From Alkanindiges illinoisensis DSM 15370 (lineage in GTDB: Bacteria > Pseudomonadota > Gammaproteobacteria > Pseudomonadales > Moraxellaceae), in NCBI RefSeq assembly GCF_000619845.1, contig NZ_JHUX01000003.1, forward strand, positions 280,064 through 312,063: DNA of 32,000 nt, written 5' to 3'. Numbering within the stretch: the stretch's first letter is position 1; every line of letters starts with the position of its first letter. Under the pieces are notes generated by a model. The model worked only from the letters and a program-made list of their open reading frames with translations, ran no database searches and was not told the origin of the DNA. The translations under genes and the position numbers were made by a program. This document shows positions 15,616 through 24,979 of the stretch, piece after piece.

Positions 15616-15644
15616 AAAGGTCGCCTGTGCGGCCTTTTTTGTTG
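15616..15644 (+). terminator. Intrinsic terminator T1 (tR'-like)
   Basis: AAGGTCGC-CTGT-GCGGCCTT followed by TTTTTTGTTG. Confidence 0.75.
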
Positions 15645-15738
15645 TCACTTATCAGCGTGTCAACACAGATAGGCAAAGTAGAACAATAAGACACTTACAC
15701 TTGATTTGGGCAATGTTGCCTTTTCAGGAGTAAGTGCA

Positions 15739-15975
15739 ATGTGCACTCCATTAAACGAAAAATCTATTAATGTTTGGGCTGTAGATAGTGTAGGTGTTTT
15801 ATTTCCTGCAAGGGCCATTTATTCAGTAAAGTCATGCGCTAATGTTCATATAACAAGCATTGACCGCATTGATTTGTGCAGTGGCAAGCGGCTGATAAAG
15901 AGAGAGTTTGATACTTTCTTTGATGAATCTGGTCAAGGCTATGATATTCGGGCCAGAAAAACACTATTAGGTTAA
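15739..15975 (+). CDS. Hypothetical moron protein (78 aa)
   Basis: ATG 15739 has GGAG 8 nt upstream (the track start at 15706 is TTG). The gene is bracketed by T1 and T2. Confidence 0.5.
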   Translation: MCTPLNEKSINVWAVDSVGVLFPARAIYSVKSCANVHITSIDRIDLCSGKRLIKREFDTFFDESGQGYDIRARKTLLG

Positions 15976-15989
15976 ATTTAAACAGCATT

Positions 15990-16018
15990 AAGGCTCACTA
16001 CGGTGGGCTTTTTTGTTG
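15990..16018 (+). terminator. Intrinsic terminator T2
   Basis: AGGCTCAC-TACG-GTGGGCTT followed by TTTTTTGTTGCC. Confidence 0.7.
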
Positions 16019-16032
16019 CCTGAGGAAAGGTT

Positions 16033-16188
16033 ATGGCTTGGCTCAGACAATTTTGTGATTGGTTCAAGTGGTACTACTGGACTTCAACGAAATGCAAGCA
16101 TGACGAAGGCCGTTGGATTCATTTCAATACAGGCATGAATAAGGCAAGACACTGCAAAAAGTGCGGTAGATGCCTAGAGATTGTTTAA
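16033..16188 (+). CDS. 51-aa Cys/His-rich micro-protein (zinc-ribbon-like) MAWLRQFCDWFKWYYWTSTKCKHDEGRWIHFNTGMNKARHCKKCGRCLEIV
   Basis: GAGGAAAGG SD. CxH...HCxxCxxC pattern. Bracketed by T2 and T3. Below the ORF-track cutoff. Confidence 0.5.
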   Translation: MAWLRQFCDWFKWYYWTSTKCKHDEGRWIHFNTGMNKARHCKKCGRCLEIV

Positions 16189-16194
16189 TAGTTT

Positions 16195-16218
16195 CGCCCA
16201 CTTCGGTGGGTCTTTTTA
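16195..16218 (+). terminator. Intrinsic terminator T3
   Basis: GCCCAC-TTCG-GTGGG followed by TCTTTTT. Confidence 0.65.
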
Positions 16219-16234
16219 TATGTGAGGTTTGATT

Positions 16235-16711
16235 ATGGCAGCTCCAGTCGGTAATCGGTTTTGGGAGCAGCGTAGCTCTCATGGCCGCAATCCGGCTTTT
16301 GAGAATCCAGAACAACTCTGGAGCGCTGCTTGTGAATATTTTGCATGGGTGGAAGAAAACCCGTTAAGTGAAGAAAAGCTATTTGCTTATCAGGGTGAAA
16401 TTAGTCGTGGAACGATTTATAAGATGCGCCCAATGACTATTCAGGGCTTATGCTTATTTCTGGATATTGGTACATCAACCTGGAGTGACTACAAAAGGCG
16501 CGAAGATTTTTCGGCTATCGTAAGTCAGGTTGAATCAGTCATTTATGAGCAGAAGTTTGCCGGTGCTGCTGCTGATTTGTTGAACGCTAATATCATTGCC
16601 CGTGAGTTAGGGCTTACTGATAAGTCAGAGCAGAAACACACAGGCTCAGTCGAAGTCACTTCAATTACCAGGCGCATTGTTGATCCTAAAGGCAAAGAGG
16701 ATGGAACTTGA
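16235..16711 (+). CDS. terS: Terminase small subunit
   Basis: [38 protein letters not shown] and [14 protein letters not shown] are typical of TerS. Located directly upstream of terL. GAGG SD. Confidence 0.75.
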   Translation: MAAPVGNRFWEQRSSHGRNPAFENPEQLWSAACEYFAWVEENPLSEEKLFAYQGEISRGTIYKMRPMTIQGLCLFLDIGTSTWSDYKRREDFSAIVSQVESVIYEQKFAGAAADLLNANIIARELGLTDKSEQKHTGSVEVTSITRRIVDPKGKEDGT

Positions 16712-17948
16712 TATTGCGACACCACGCTGGGCTGTACCGTTATTGCAGCCTTCCCGGTACAAGGGAGCACATGGTGGACGTGGTAGTGGTAAATCCCATT
16801 TCTTTGCTGAAAGACTGGTAGAAGATTGCGTTGTAAATAAGAACTTGCGGGCAGTCTGTATTCGTGAAGTGCAGAAGTCTATTCGATTCTCCAGTAAGCA
16901 GCTTATTGCAGACAAGATCAATGCACTGGGTGTTAGTCACTTATTTGACATTCAGCGTGACTTGATTAAGCGGGTTGGTGGTGAAGGGGTCATTCTTTTT
17001 CAGGGGATGCAAGATCACACAGCCGATTCTATTAAGTCGCTAGAGGGCTTTGACCGGGCATGGATTGAAGAAGCACAAAACATTAGTGCAACATCATTAA
17101 GGCTGCTAAGGCCAACAATCCGTGGTGATGATTCAGAAATTTGGGCGTCATGGAACCCAAAAAGCAAAGACGATGCCATTGATGTGTTTTTGCGTGGTGA
17201 GCTAGCACCATCAAACAGCATTGTGGTTGAAGTCAATGTTGCTGATAACCCATTTGCTACCCAGACATTACTTGATGAGTATGCCGATGACCGTCGCCGT
17301 GCAATCAAGATGCAGCAGGCTGGTGATGCGAATGCGTGGAACTTGTTTGAGTGGGTATGGCACGGTGCTTATCTTGAGTTTAGCGAAGCAATTATTTTCT
17401 CTGGTCGCTATGTGGTCGATGAGTTTGAGCCACAACCAGACTGGACGGAAGTTTATTACGGCTCTGACTGGGGCTTTGCTCAAGACCCAACCACGCTAAA
17501 CCGCATGTTTGAGCATGACAACATTCTGTACATTCGGGATGAGGCCCATCAGGTAGGCTGCGAAATTGATCACTTGCCAGACTTGTTTGATAAGGTGCCA
17601 GGCGCACGTACTCATGAAATCAGGGCTGATAATTCAAGGCCTGAAACCATCAGCTACATGAAGCGACAGGGCTTTAAGATCAAGGCAGCAGATAAATGGC
17701 CGGGTAGTGTTGAGGACGGCATTACTTTTATGAAGAAGTACAAGCAGATTGTCATTCATCCGGACTGCCCAGAAACCGCTAAAGAGTTCAAGGTTTATTC
17801 ATACAAGGTGAATAAGGCAGGTGATGTGTTGCCAGAGATTCTGGACTTGCACAACCATCACATGGATGGCATTCGCTATGGCCTTCAACCGCTGATCCGT
17901 AATAGAAAACGGCAAGCCCCAGCAACTGGCGGCACTCGAACATTTTAG
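16701..17948 (+). CDS. terL: Terminase large subunit (PBSX-type)
   Basis: Walker [17 protein letters not shown]. Size and position fit terL. Start set at ATG 16701. Confidence 0.9.
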   Translation: MELDIATPRWAVPLLQPSRYKGAHGGRGSGKSHFFAERLVEDCVVNKNLRAVCIREVQKSIRFSSKQLIADKINALGVSHLFDIQRDLIKRVGGEGVILFQGMQDHTADSIKSLEGFDRAWIEEAQNISATSLRLLRPTIRGDDSEIWASWNPKSKDDAIDVFLRGELAPSNSIVVEVNVADNPFATQTLLDEYADDRRRAIKMQQAGDANAWNLFEWVWHGAYLEFSEAIIFSGRYVVDEFEPQPDWTEVYYGSDWGFAQDPTTLNRMFEHDNILYIRDEAHQVGCEIDHLPDLFDKVPGARTHEIRADNSRPETISYMKRQGFKIKAADKWPGSVEDGITFMKKYKQIVIHPDCPETAKEFKVYSYKVNKAGDVLPEILDLHNHHMDGIRYGLQPLIRNRKRQAPATGGTRTF

Positions 17949-17956
17949 GTAAATTC

Positions 17957-19423
17957 ATGGCTAAAGATAAACAAAAGGCTGCTCGGCAAAAGGCGGTTTC
18001 GGGTTCGCTTACCCAGGAATTAGCAACAAGCCAGTTGGTGAAATGGCTTACTCGCGTGCCTGATCTCGATGACGTGCTTAAAAAAGCAGGGGTAAAACGT
18101 CACCAGCTCAGTGCATTGCTATTTGATGATGAGATTAGTCAGGCTGTATCTACCCGTGTTGATGCCTTGCTGGCCGTACCATTTCGCTTAAACCCCAGTG
18201 AAGGTCCAGCCGCAGATTTTCTGATTGACCAGCTCAATAAATTCATCAAGGGCATGACTCGTGGTGCAGTAAATTCCCGTTTCTATGGTTATAGTGTACT
18301 GGAAGCTGTCTATGAGAAAGATGACGAAATAACCAATGAAAATGGCTATCGTGGGTTTAATCGCATCATTGAAAAGCCGATGGAGTGGTTTGAGCCACGG
18401 AACAATGGTGAGCTGCGATATTTCCCGGACAGTGGCTTGCATGGTGTGGAAGGCCAGTTGGTAGATCAGGAATACAAGTTTTTCCTGACCGTTAATGAGC
18501 CAAACTATAAGCAACCACAAGGGCAGGCACTCTTAAGCCGTTTGTACTGGCCGTGGTATTTCCGCACCAATGGCTGGAAGTTCTGGGCTAAATTCCTTGA
18601 GCGTTTCGGTAGCCCCATTCTGGTGGGTAAGACTGCTGGCGAAACCACAGAAATGCGTGATGCCTTGCTTGCTGCTCACGGTAGTGCAGTACTGGGCATT
18701 AATGATGATGAAGATGTAACGGCTATTGGTGTTGGTACAGGCAATGCTGGCCAGTCTTTTGTTGCCTTTGATGACGCGCTCACCCGTCGCATTAATAAGC
18801 TGGTATTAGGGCAAACCTTAACATCTGGCACTGATGGTAATGGCAGCCGGGCATTGGGTGAAGTGCACAATGAAGTGCGCATGGATAAGCGTGATAGCGA
18901 TATTCAGCTTGTGTTGCCGACAATCCAGCGTGTCATTGATGCACTGTGCAAGCTAAATGGCTTTGAGCATCACGAAATCACTTTGGCTGATGGCAAAGGG
19001 TTGGAAGCTGAACGCGCGAATCGTGACAAGGTGCTGTCAGAAGTCGGAGTGAAATTTACCCGCAAGTATTTTGAAGATCAGTACAATCTGGAAGCTGAAT
19101 ACTTTGAGCTTGAGAGCGACAAGCCAGCACCAGCCAAGACCTTTAGCGCACTGCTGCAACAGAAATTCAGCTTTAAGGCCAGTAGTCAGAAGATTACGCC
19201 ACAACAGCAGGAAGTGGATAATCTGGCACCAGATAGTTATTCATTACTTGATGTTGACCAGATCAAGTCTATTGTTGCGGATAGCGAAACACCGGAGCAG
19301 CTGGCCGAGAAACTGTTTGCAGCTATTCCTGATGCACCGCTTGAGCAGTTTAACGACGTGCTGGCACAGGCTTTATATACGGCTGATGTATTGGGATATA
19401 AGCACTCAAGCGAGGGCAACTAA
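17957..19423 (+). CDS. Portal protein (Mu gp29 / DUF935-like)
   Basis: 488 aa directly after terL. The RFYGYSVLEAVYE region is typical of the DUF935 portal family. Confidence 0.8.
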   Translation: MAKDKQKAARQKAVSGSLTQELATSQLVKWLTRVPDLDDVLKKAGVKRHQLSALLFDDEISQAVSTRVDALLAVPFRLNPSEGPAADFLIDQLNKFIKGMTRGAVNSRFYGYSVLEAVYEKDDEITNENGYRGFNRIIEKPMEWFEPRNNGELRYFPDSGLHGVEGQLVDQEYKFFLTVNEPNYKQPQGQALLSRLYWPWYFRTNGWKFWAKFLERFGSPILVGKTAGETTEMRDALLAAHGSAVLGINDDEDVTAIGVGTGNAGQSFVAFDDALTRRINKLVLGQTLTSGTDGNGSRALGEVHNEVRMDKRDSDIQLVLPTIQRVIDALCKLNGFEHHEITLADGKGLEAERANRDKVLSEVGVKFTRKYFEDQYNLEAEYFELESDKPAPAKTFSALLQQKFSFKASSQKITPQQQEVDNLAPDSYSLLDVDQIKSIVADSETPEQLAEKLFAAIPDAPLEQFNDVLAQALYTADVLGYKHSSEGN

Positions 19424-20664
19424 TGACCCCGCTCGAACTGGTTGCACTCATGCAGCAGCGCAATATTGTCATGCCGGACGAGTTTTACAGTCTGGATATA
19501 TTGCAGCGTCAGTATGCGTTTACCGTATCTAAGCTGGCATCCGTTGAGCAGATGCGTTTTGTGTTAAATGCACTGGCTAAATCAGTAAAGGATGGCGGCA
19601 CGTTTAGCGACTTTAAAAAGCAGATTGCCAAAGACGGTATTAAGCTGCCTGAATCCTATCTGGATAATGTGTTTAGGACTAATGTGCAAAATGCCTACAG
19701 TCGTGGTCGCTGGCTAGAGCAGCAGGCGAACAAAGCAGAGCGTCCTTATTTGCAATACCGGGCAATCAATGACAGCCGGGTTAGGCCAACACACTTAAAG
19801 CTGGATAAGGTCATTCGGCATATTGATGACGAGTTTTGGCAGACCAACACACCACCAACAGCTTTCCGTTGTAGGTGCTATACACGCTCATTAAGCCTAA
19901 AAGATGCCATGGAAGCAGGTATTACCCCAGATGACCGCTTGCCACAGGTGCAACCAGATGCAGGCTGGTCATTTAAACCAAGCCAGCCCCCAGAGCAGCA
20001 GATCATTGATTATGCCGAATCTCAGCTAAGTGAAGTGGCCGCAGAGTACCCGGCAGCACGCCAGAGTATTGAAGAAATCCGCCGCTTAATCCGTCAGGAA
20101 GGCGATGCAGCACAGGAAACCATTAAGCGACTGGGCTTGACCGCTGCCACACGCCAGACCTTGCCACAAATGGTCGAACAGGCTGTAGCACTGGATGTAA
20201 ATTTAGATCCTAGCGCTGTGACTATGGTTAATGAGTATGCCAATGGTACTGGCCAGCCACTTGATGACTATATCAATGGCAACAAAAACACAGGCGTTGG
20301 CAATCGGGTAATGGACTGGCTAAAACGCTCTTATGATTCCGTTGCCAAGGCAGCCAAACAACTTAAAAAGAAGTTATCCGGCAATCTGGATGCACCAAAC
20401 TATGTGTTTGGTAAAGGTCAGGTCATTGGCATTAATACACCAGCCTTGTTTCGGCAAGCCACACAAGGCCAGCAGGTTGAGATCATTAACGCGCATGGCC
20501 TTGGTATTGACTTATCAAAGCTGGGCAGTGATGGGGTGTTATTACCGCCTGATTTGCGATTAGAGGTCGTTGAAGTGAAAGACGGTGTTGTGGTCATGCA
20601 GCCAACAACCAAGGCCGCTACACAGCTATTTACAGCTACTGGTGGGCAGTTGTTTGCCCTGTGA
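19423..20664 (+). CDS. Head morphogenesis protein (Mu F / SPP1 gp7-like)
   Basis: NDSRVRPTHLKLDKVIRHIDDEFWQTNTPPTAFRCRCY is the MuF signature. Confidence 0.85.
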   Translation: MTPLELVALMQQRNIVMPDEFYSLDILQRQYAFTVSKLASVEQMRFVLNALAKSVKDGGTFSDFKKQIAKDGIKLPESYLDNVFRTNVQNAYSRGRWLEQQANKAERPYLQYRAINDSRVRPTHLKLDKVIRHIDDEFWQTNTPPTAFRCRCYTRSLSLKDAMEAGITPDDRLPQVQPDAGWSFKPSQPPEQQIIDYAESQLSEVAAEYPAARQSIEEIRRLIRQEGDAAQETIKRLGLTAATRQTLPQMVEQAVALDVNLDPSAVTMVNEYANGTGQPLDDYINGNKNTGVGNRVMDWLKRSYDSVAKAAKQLKKKLSGNLDAPNYVFGKGQVIGINTPALFRQATQGQQVEIINAHGLGIDLSKLGSDGVLLPPDLRLEVVEVKDGVVVMQPTTKAATQLFTATGGQLFAL

Positions 20665-20673
20665 GGTGCTCAT

Positions 20674-20841
20674 ATGTGCCGCTTCCTGTTTCCACATTGT
20701 TATGTACTGGTCTTTGATGGTGGTGAAGTGCTGTATATGCAGTGCACACGATGTAGTAAGCGAAAGGTGCTAATCGCACATGACTGTAAGCCAATCATAG
20801 ATCAGAAATGGCTGATTACTGGACAATTTACGCAGGTTTGA
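20674..20841 (+). CDS. 55-aa zinc-ribbon-like micro-protein MCRFLFPHCYVLVFDGGEVLYMQCTRCSKRKVLIAHDCKPIIDQKWLITGQFTQV
   Basis: GAGGTG lies 5 nt upstream. HC...CxxC pattern. The frame differs from the track ORF 20585..20773. Confidence 0.45.
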   Translation: MCRFLFPHCYVLVFDGGEVLYMQCTRCSKRKVLIAHDCKPIIDQKWLITGQFTQV

Positions 20842-20846
20842 AAATT

Positions 20847-21041
20847 ATGATCTTCATTGTCGGATTTATCATGTTCTTGATTGGCTATATGGCTGGTTAT
20901 GGATTGCTACGCAGTGATGTGGTTAATGGCAAGCCAATAGTAGCTCAAGGCAAAATATATACATGCGCTCAATCCGGTGGTTATCAGCCGATTGGTAATA
21001 GCAATCCATCAAATCCATCAAATCCACCGAGGAAACCATAG
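20847..21041 (+). CDS. Small single-TM protein with C-terminal SNP repeats
   Basis: TM segment MIFIVGFIMFLIGYMAGYGLL. Tail NSNPSNPSNPP. The ATG at 20808 is an alternative start that would overlap the previous ORF. Confidence 0.45.
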   Translation: MIFIVGFIMFLIGYMAGYGLLRSDVVNGKPIVAQGKIYTCAQSGGYQPIGNSNPSNPSNPPRKP

Positions 21042-21050
21042 GAACTAAAA

Positions 21051-21335
21051 ATGCCAAATTCAAATGAAGTTGTAATTAAAATTGAGAATTGCAGTCCTAA
21101 GCATACTCAAAGGATCATTGATCTGCTTTCGAATAATCCTAGCTGCCATGTGGCAATAATTCCATCAGAGCCAATTCCAGTAAAGCCTGAAAATAGCTTT
21201 AAACATTTTGAGCTTGAAGACAAGCTAAGAACTCTGGACTCATTGGCTGGTGCATTTGCAGCTACTAAAAATAGCCATGTTAATTCGCACATTGAGGCAA
21301 AGATCAGTGAGCTATTAGATAGCTTTCAGGAGTAA
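21051..21335 (+). CDS. Hypothetical protein (94 aa)
   Basis: ORF with an AGGAA SD, located between MuF and the protease. Confidence 0.5.
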   Translation: MPNSNEVVIKIENCSPKHTQRIIDLLSNNPSCHVAIIPSEPIPVKPENSFKHFELEDKLRTLDSLAGAFAATKNSHVNSHIEAKISELLDSFQE

Positions 21336-21337
21336 CC

Positions 21338-22345
21338 ATGCCAAAACCACAGTCTAAACATGCACAGAAACCGAGCCTAAACCGCTCGGTTTTTTGTTTT
21401 GCGCCAGAGCTACAGGCAGAGCTGGAAAGTGATAGCAGTAAATTCTGCTTTCGTGTTCAGCCGCTTGATGTGGCGCCTGCCGCAGATGACAAAAAGCAGC
21501 GCACATTTTCGGGCATTGCTTACTCAGGCGAGCCAATCACAGACCACTGGTACTGGGATCGGGTCATTTTTGACTTGGCAACCATGCAGATTAAAGGGCG
21601 TATTCCTGCCTTGCTGGATCACCGCTCTAGTCAGCGTGCAGGTGCCATCAATGAATACAAGATTGATAACACCACTGGACTGTCTGTATCGGGCGTGCTG
21701 ATGAGTAACGAATTTGGTACTCAGATTGCGCAGGATTCCGACGATGGTTTCCCATGGCAGATGTCAGTACGCATTGAGCCGGGCAGCATTGAAAACGTAC
21801 AGGCCGATCAGTCAGTGACGGTTAATGGCAAAACCTATCAGGGGCCTATTGCGGTATTCCGTGGTGGGCGCATCCGTGAAGTGTCTTTCTGTGCTTTGGG
21901 TGCAGATGACAATACCAACGCTGTGGCAGCAAGCCACAAACCTAAATCTTTTACTCAAGAGGACACTAACGTGACTGAGTTAGAACAGGCAAATGCTCGC
22001 ATTAAAGAGCTAGAAGGGCAAGTCACTGGCTTGCAGGAACAAAACAAGCAGTTTGCTGCTGCCAAGCGTGAAGCTGAAATTGCAGCACTGGCCAAAGACT
22101 TGGGGCTAAAAGAATTTAGCGCTGAGGATAAAGCCGATTATCTGAAACTGGACGATGCTGGTTTTGCATTTGCAGCCAAGCAAGCGCGTGCATTGCATCA
22201 GCAGTTTGCAGCCAAGCAGACAACCAAGCCCGGCTTGCCAGCCAATCTGTTTACGGATCAGGCCACTGGTGGTCAGGAGCAGGGCAATAACACACTGGAT
22301 GGCAAGTTTAATAACTTCGCTGCTTCATACGAAGGGGGTAAATAA
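21338..22345 (+). CDS. Prohead protease with C-terminal coiled-coil scaffold domain (Mu gpI/Z-like)
   Basis: FSGIAYSG...IPALLDHRSSQRAG...GLSVSGVL...WQMSVRIEP fits the head-maturation protease pattern. The C-terminal segment ELEQANARIKELEGQVTGLQEQNKQF is coiled coil. Confidence 0.6.
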   Translation: MPKPQSKHAQKPSLNRSVFCFAPELQAELESDSSKFCFRVQPLDVAPAADDKKQRTFSGIAYSGEPITDHWYWDRVIFDLATMQIKGRIPALLDHRSSQRAGAINEYKIDNTTGLSVSGVLMSNEFGTQIAQDSDDGFPWQMSVRIEPGSIENVQADQSVTVNGKTYQGPIAVFRGGRIREVSFCALGADDNTNAVAASHKPKSFTQEDTNVTELEQANARIKELEGQVTGLQEQNKQFAAAKREAEIAALAKDLGLKEFSAEDKADYLKLDDAGFAFAAKQARALHQQFAAKQTTKPGLPANLFTDQATGGQEQGNNTLDGKFNNFAASYEGGK

Positions 22346-22347
22346 TC

Positions 22348-22734
22348 ATGGTTCAGACCGTAACTGCAACTATTTCCAGCCAGCAACTCGTTGTTGGTGA
22401 TGGTGTTCGCACTGAAAACGTCAAACCAACCACCAATACGGCTTACAAGCGCGGCGACCTGATTGCGATTAGCGCCGCCAATGTTGCCACCCATCCAGCC
22501 ATTAATAGTGGTGTCGTGGGTGCATGGCACGCCATTTGTGCTGTCGATATGACTGCTGCCCAGTCTACCGCACATGTGAATGCCGGCCTAGAAATGCCGA
22601 TTTATGTGCAAGGCGCGTTTGATGTGGCTGTTGTCACTGTCAATGGCACTGCATTAACCACTGGCCAGTATGACGCGGTTCGCGCTCAGGCCGAAACCAA
22701 CAAAATTGAATTACGAAAAGTCGTAGGGGGCTGA
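22348..22734 (+). CDS. Head decoration protein (lambda gpD-like)
   Basis: 128 aa immediately upstream of an E-like capsid gene. The pattern YKRGDLIAIS...PIYVQGAF is gpD-like. Confidence 0.55.
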   Translation: MVQTVTATISSQQLVVGDGVRTENVKPTTNTAYKRGDLIAISAANVATHPAINSGVVGAWHAICAVDMTAAQSTAHVNAGLEMPIYVQGAFDVAVVTVNGTALTTGQYDAVRAQAETNKIELRKVVGG

Positions 22735-22735
22735 T

Positions 22736-23815
22736 ATGAGCGTAACTTTTGATATTAATGGAGCACCCGTTGAGCTGCTGGATGTTGGCCAACTGGTTGT
22801 GCTGAATGATAAGCAGAAGCCTGTTGATATGTGGCTGATTGATCGCTTCTTTGGCACACCACTGTCATTCAATGGGCGCACTGAAGTACCAGTGGGCGAA
22901 ATTGACACTGTGACCCCGTTAGCGCCATTCGTTAATCCAGGTGTAGCAGCACGCCAAATTAAAACCGTCAGCAGTGGTAAAGTTGGTTTTGTAAAACCTG
23001 CCTATCTAAAGCCCAAGGTAACTATCACGCCGACTGATGTGCATGATGCGGCGCTAATTACGCGCCTGCGCCAGGCCGGGATTCTATCCACTGGCTCCAA
23101 CCGCTTAACTGATGGCGAGCTTCTGTTAATTGACCAGATTCAAAAGTCAAAAACGCTGGTTGATTCCATCAAGAACCGTAAGTTGCTAATGGCGCGCGAT
23201 TGCCTGCTTTACGCAAAAATGACCTTTGAGTCAGATGATTTCCCAACCTATACCGTGGATTATGAGCGTAGCGCTGCATGTACGTTCACGCCTGCGATTA
23301 AATGGGATCAGGCCAACGCAGACCCAACAGCAGATATTGACACCATGATTGCTATTGCGGTGGATGAATCTGGTGTTTCTCCTACATTGGCACTGTCATC
23401 TTCCAAGGTATTCAACACCTTGATGACCAATCCTAAGTTTAAAGAGCGCTTTGTGTCGCCTTATGCCGGGGTGGCTGTGCCATTTACACCACAGTTCAAT
23501 GATCCAACAGCGCCACAATATCGCGGCTCTATTGGCAATCTGCAATTCTGGACTTATGACGGTGTTTATAAGTTTGCGGGCGTAACTGGTCGCTTCATTC
23601 CAACCACGTACTTTGGCCTGATTTCTGATGCCAATGGCTACATGGCCCATTGTGCGATCCAGAACCTAAAAGCTTTTGGGCAGGCGCTGGAAGTATTCCT
23701 GCATCAGTGGATGGAGAATGATCCAAGCTCTATCCAGATGGTCGCTGAATCCAGTCCGCTGGCCGTTCCCAACAACAAAAACGGTGTCGTTGGTGGCACT
23801 GGCTTTGTGTCTTAA
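22736..23815 (+). CDS. Major capsid protein (lambda gpE family)
   Basis: 359 aa. LIDRFFGTPLSF...VTPLAPFVNP is an N-terminal pattern typical of the capsid E family. The position also fits. Confidence 0.8.
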   Translation: MSVTFDINGAPVELLDVGQLVVLNDKQKPVDMWLIDRFFGTPLSFNGRTEVPVGEIDTVTPLAPFVNPGVAARQIKTVSSGKVGFVKPAYLKPKVTITPTDVHDAALITRLRQAGILSTGSNRLTDGELLLIDQIQKSKTLVDSIKNRKLLMARDCLLYAKMTFESDDFPTYTVDYERSAACTFTPAIKWDQANADPTADIDTMIAIAVDESGVSPTLALSSSKVFNTLMTNPKFKERFVSPYAGVAVPFTPQFNDPTAPQYRGSIGNLQFWTYDGVYKFAGVTGRFIPTTYFGLISDANGYMAHCAIQNLKAFGQALEVFLHQWMENDPSSIQMVAESSPLAVPNNKNGVVGGTGFVS

Positions 23816-23826
23816 GGAGAGCAATC

Positions 23827-24009
23827 ATGGCAGTTATCGCAAAAGTGAGTATTGGCCAGTTTGCACCCGGTGATGCGCTATCCGGCATTGATGATGCTCG
23901 CATTAAAGAGCTGATTGAAGCTGGACATGCGATTGACGATGGTACGGACGACAAGCCAGCCAAAGTCGCAGCAAAGTCCAAGCCTGCCGACAAGCCAGCC
24001 GGGGAATAA
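23827..24009 (+). CDS. Hypothetical 60-aa protein, paralogue of 25424..25606
   Basis: Shared APGD...I..L...G.I core with a Lys/Pro/Ala-rich tail. Confidence 0.5.
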   Translation: MAVIAKVSIGQFAPGDALSGIDDARIKELIEAGHAIDDGTDDKPAKVAAKSKPADKPAGE

Positions 24010-24012
24010 GCC

Positions 24013-24492
24013 ATGTACGCAGCGCGTGACGACCTGATTGCGCGTTTCGGCGTGCAAGCTATTGAATCGCTGGAAAAGACTGTTTCCAAAGTAGTTGATC
24101 CGGCGGTATCTGACAAGGCTTTATCAGATGCAACCGAACTGGCAGACAGCTACATTGCTGCCCGTTATGGCCTGCCGCTGTCTGGTACGCCTGAATCACT
24201 AAAAGGCTATGTACTGGATATTGCCCGGTACAAGCTGTATGTGAACAAGGCGCCGGATGAGGTGCGGCAGCGTTACGAAGATGCCATGAGTTGGCTCAAC
24301 CGGGTATCAAGCGGCAAGGTGATCCTGCAATTGCCTGCTAATCCTGATGCTGGCACCGACACCAGCGAGGCGACTAAAAACCGTTCTCGCGTGGCTGTGG
24401 GTGTGAGCCATTACGGTGGCGTATTTGGCAAAGAGGTCACCGACCTGATGCCCATGATCCCGCCGGGTGGCTTTGGGGGTTTTGATGGCTGA
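24013..24492 (+). CDS. Head-tail connector protein (DUF1320 / Mu gp36-like)
   Basis: N-terminal MYAARDDLIARFG and YIAARYGLPL are typical of DUF1320. Confidence 0.65.
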   Translation: MYAARDDLIARFGVQAIESLEKTVSKVVDPAVSDKALSDATELADSYIAARYGLPLSGTPESLKGYVLDIARYKLYVNKAPDEVRQRYEDAMSWLNRVSSGKVILQLPANPDAGTDTSEATKNRSRVAVGVSHYGGVFGKEVTDLMPMIPPGGFGGFDG

Positions 24493-24979
24493 CAAGATCA
24501 CGGTAACTACCACAGGCGAGCGTCGGGTCGTTGAGTTTATTGATCGCTTGCGTGCTGTTGCTGGTGATACGTCACCGATATGGCGTGAGATTGGCCAGAT
24601 TCTGTATGACGGCACAATGGAGCGCTTTGACCGGGAGCGTACACCAGAGGGCGCACCGTGGCAGAAGTCATGGCGCGCTTTGCTTCAAGGTGGCAAGACA
24701 CTACAAAGCACTGGACGCTTGCGTGATTCGATTACCCTGAATGTTCAGGGCAAGAAAATCAGCGTTGGCACCAATGTGAAATATGCACCTGTCATGCAGT
24801 TTGGTGCTGTGATTCGTGCCAAGTCTGGCAAATACCTAACCTTTAAAACCCCAATGGGCGGCTGGGCAAAAGTCCAGAGCGTCAAGATTCCTGCACGTCC
24901 GTTCCTGGGATTATCTAAGGATGATGAGCAGGCGATTATTTTAGCGATTGAGAGTGAGCTACTCGATGTCAGACCTTGA
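24485..24979 (+). CDS. Virion morphogenesis protein (Mu G-like)
   Basis: TPEGAPWQKSW...LQSTGRLRDSI pattern. Start at ATG 24485, overlapping the upstream stop. Confidence 0.65.
   Translation: MADKITVTTTGERRVVEFIDRLRAVAGDTSPIWREIGQILYDGTMERFDRERTPEGAPWQKSWRALLQGGKTLQSTGRLRDSITLNVQGKKISVGTNVKYAPVMQFGAVIRAKSGKYLTFKTPMGGWAKVQSVKIPARPFLGLSKDDEQAIILAIESELLDVRP

Noticed and set aside
15590..15739. 49-aa ORF starting at ATG 15590 in the late leader
   Set aside because: It has a weak SD and reads straight through the T1 terminator hairpin. The short leader RNA interpretation explains this region better.
19071..19532. 153-aa plus-strand ORF in an alternative frame
   Set aside because: It overlaps the portal 3' end and the MuF 5' end, both of which have clear family motifs. 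Its composition (Arg/Leu/His/Ser-rich) is typical of an off-frame ORF.
21003..21028. 9-bp tandem repeat (AATCCATCA x about 3) considered as a phase-variation switch
   Set aside because: The unit length is a multiple of three. Slippage would only change the SNP repeat count and would not switch the frame on or off.
23730..24116. 128-aa minus-strand ORF across the capsid/connector junction
   Set aside because: It is antisense to the capsid end, the 60-aa ORF and the DUF1320 gene. Its Ser/Ala-rich composition is typical of a shadow frame of GC-rich codons.
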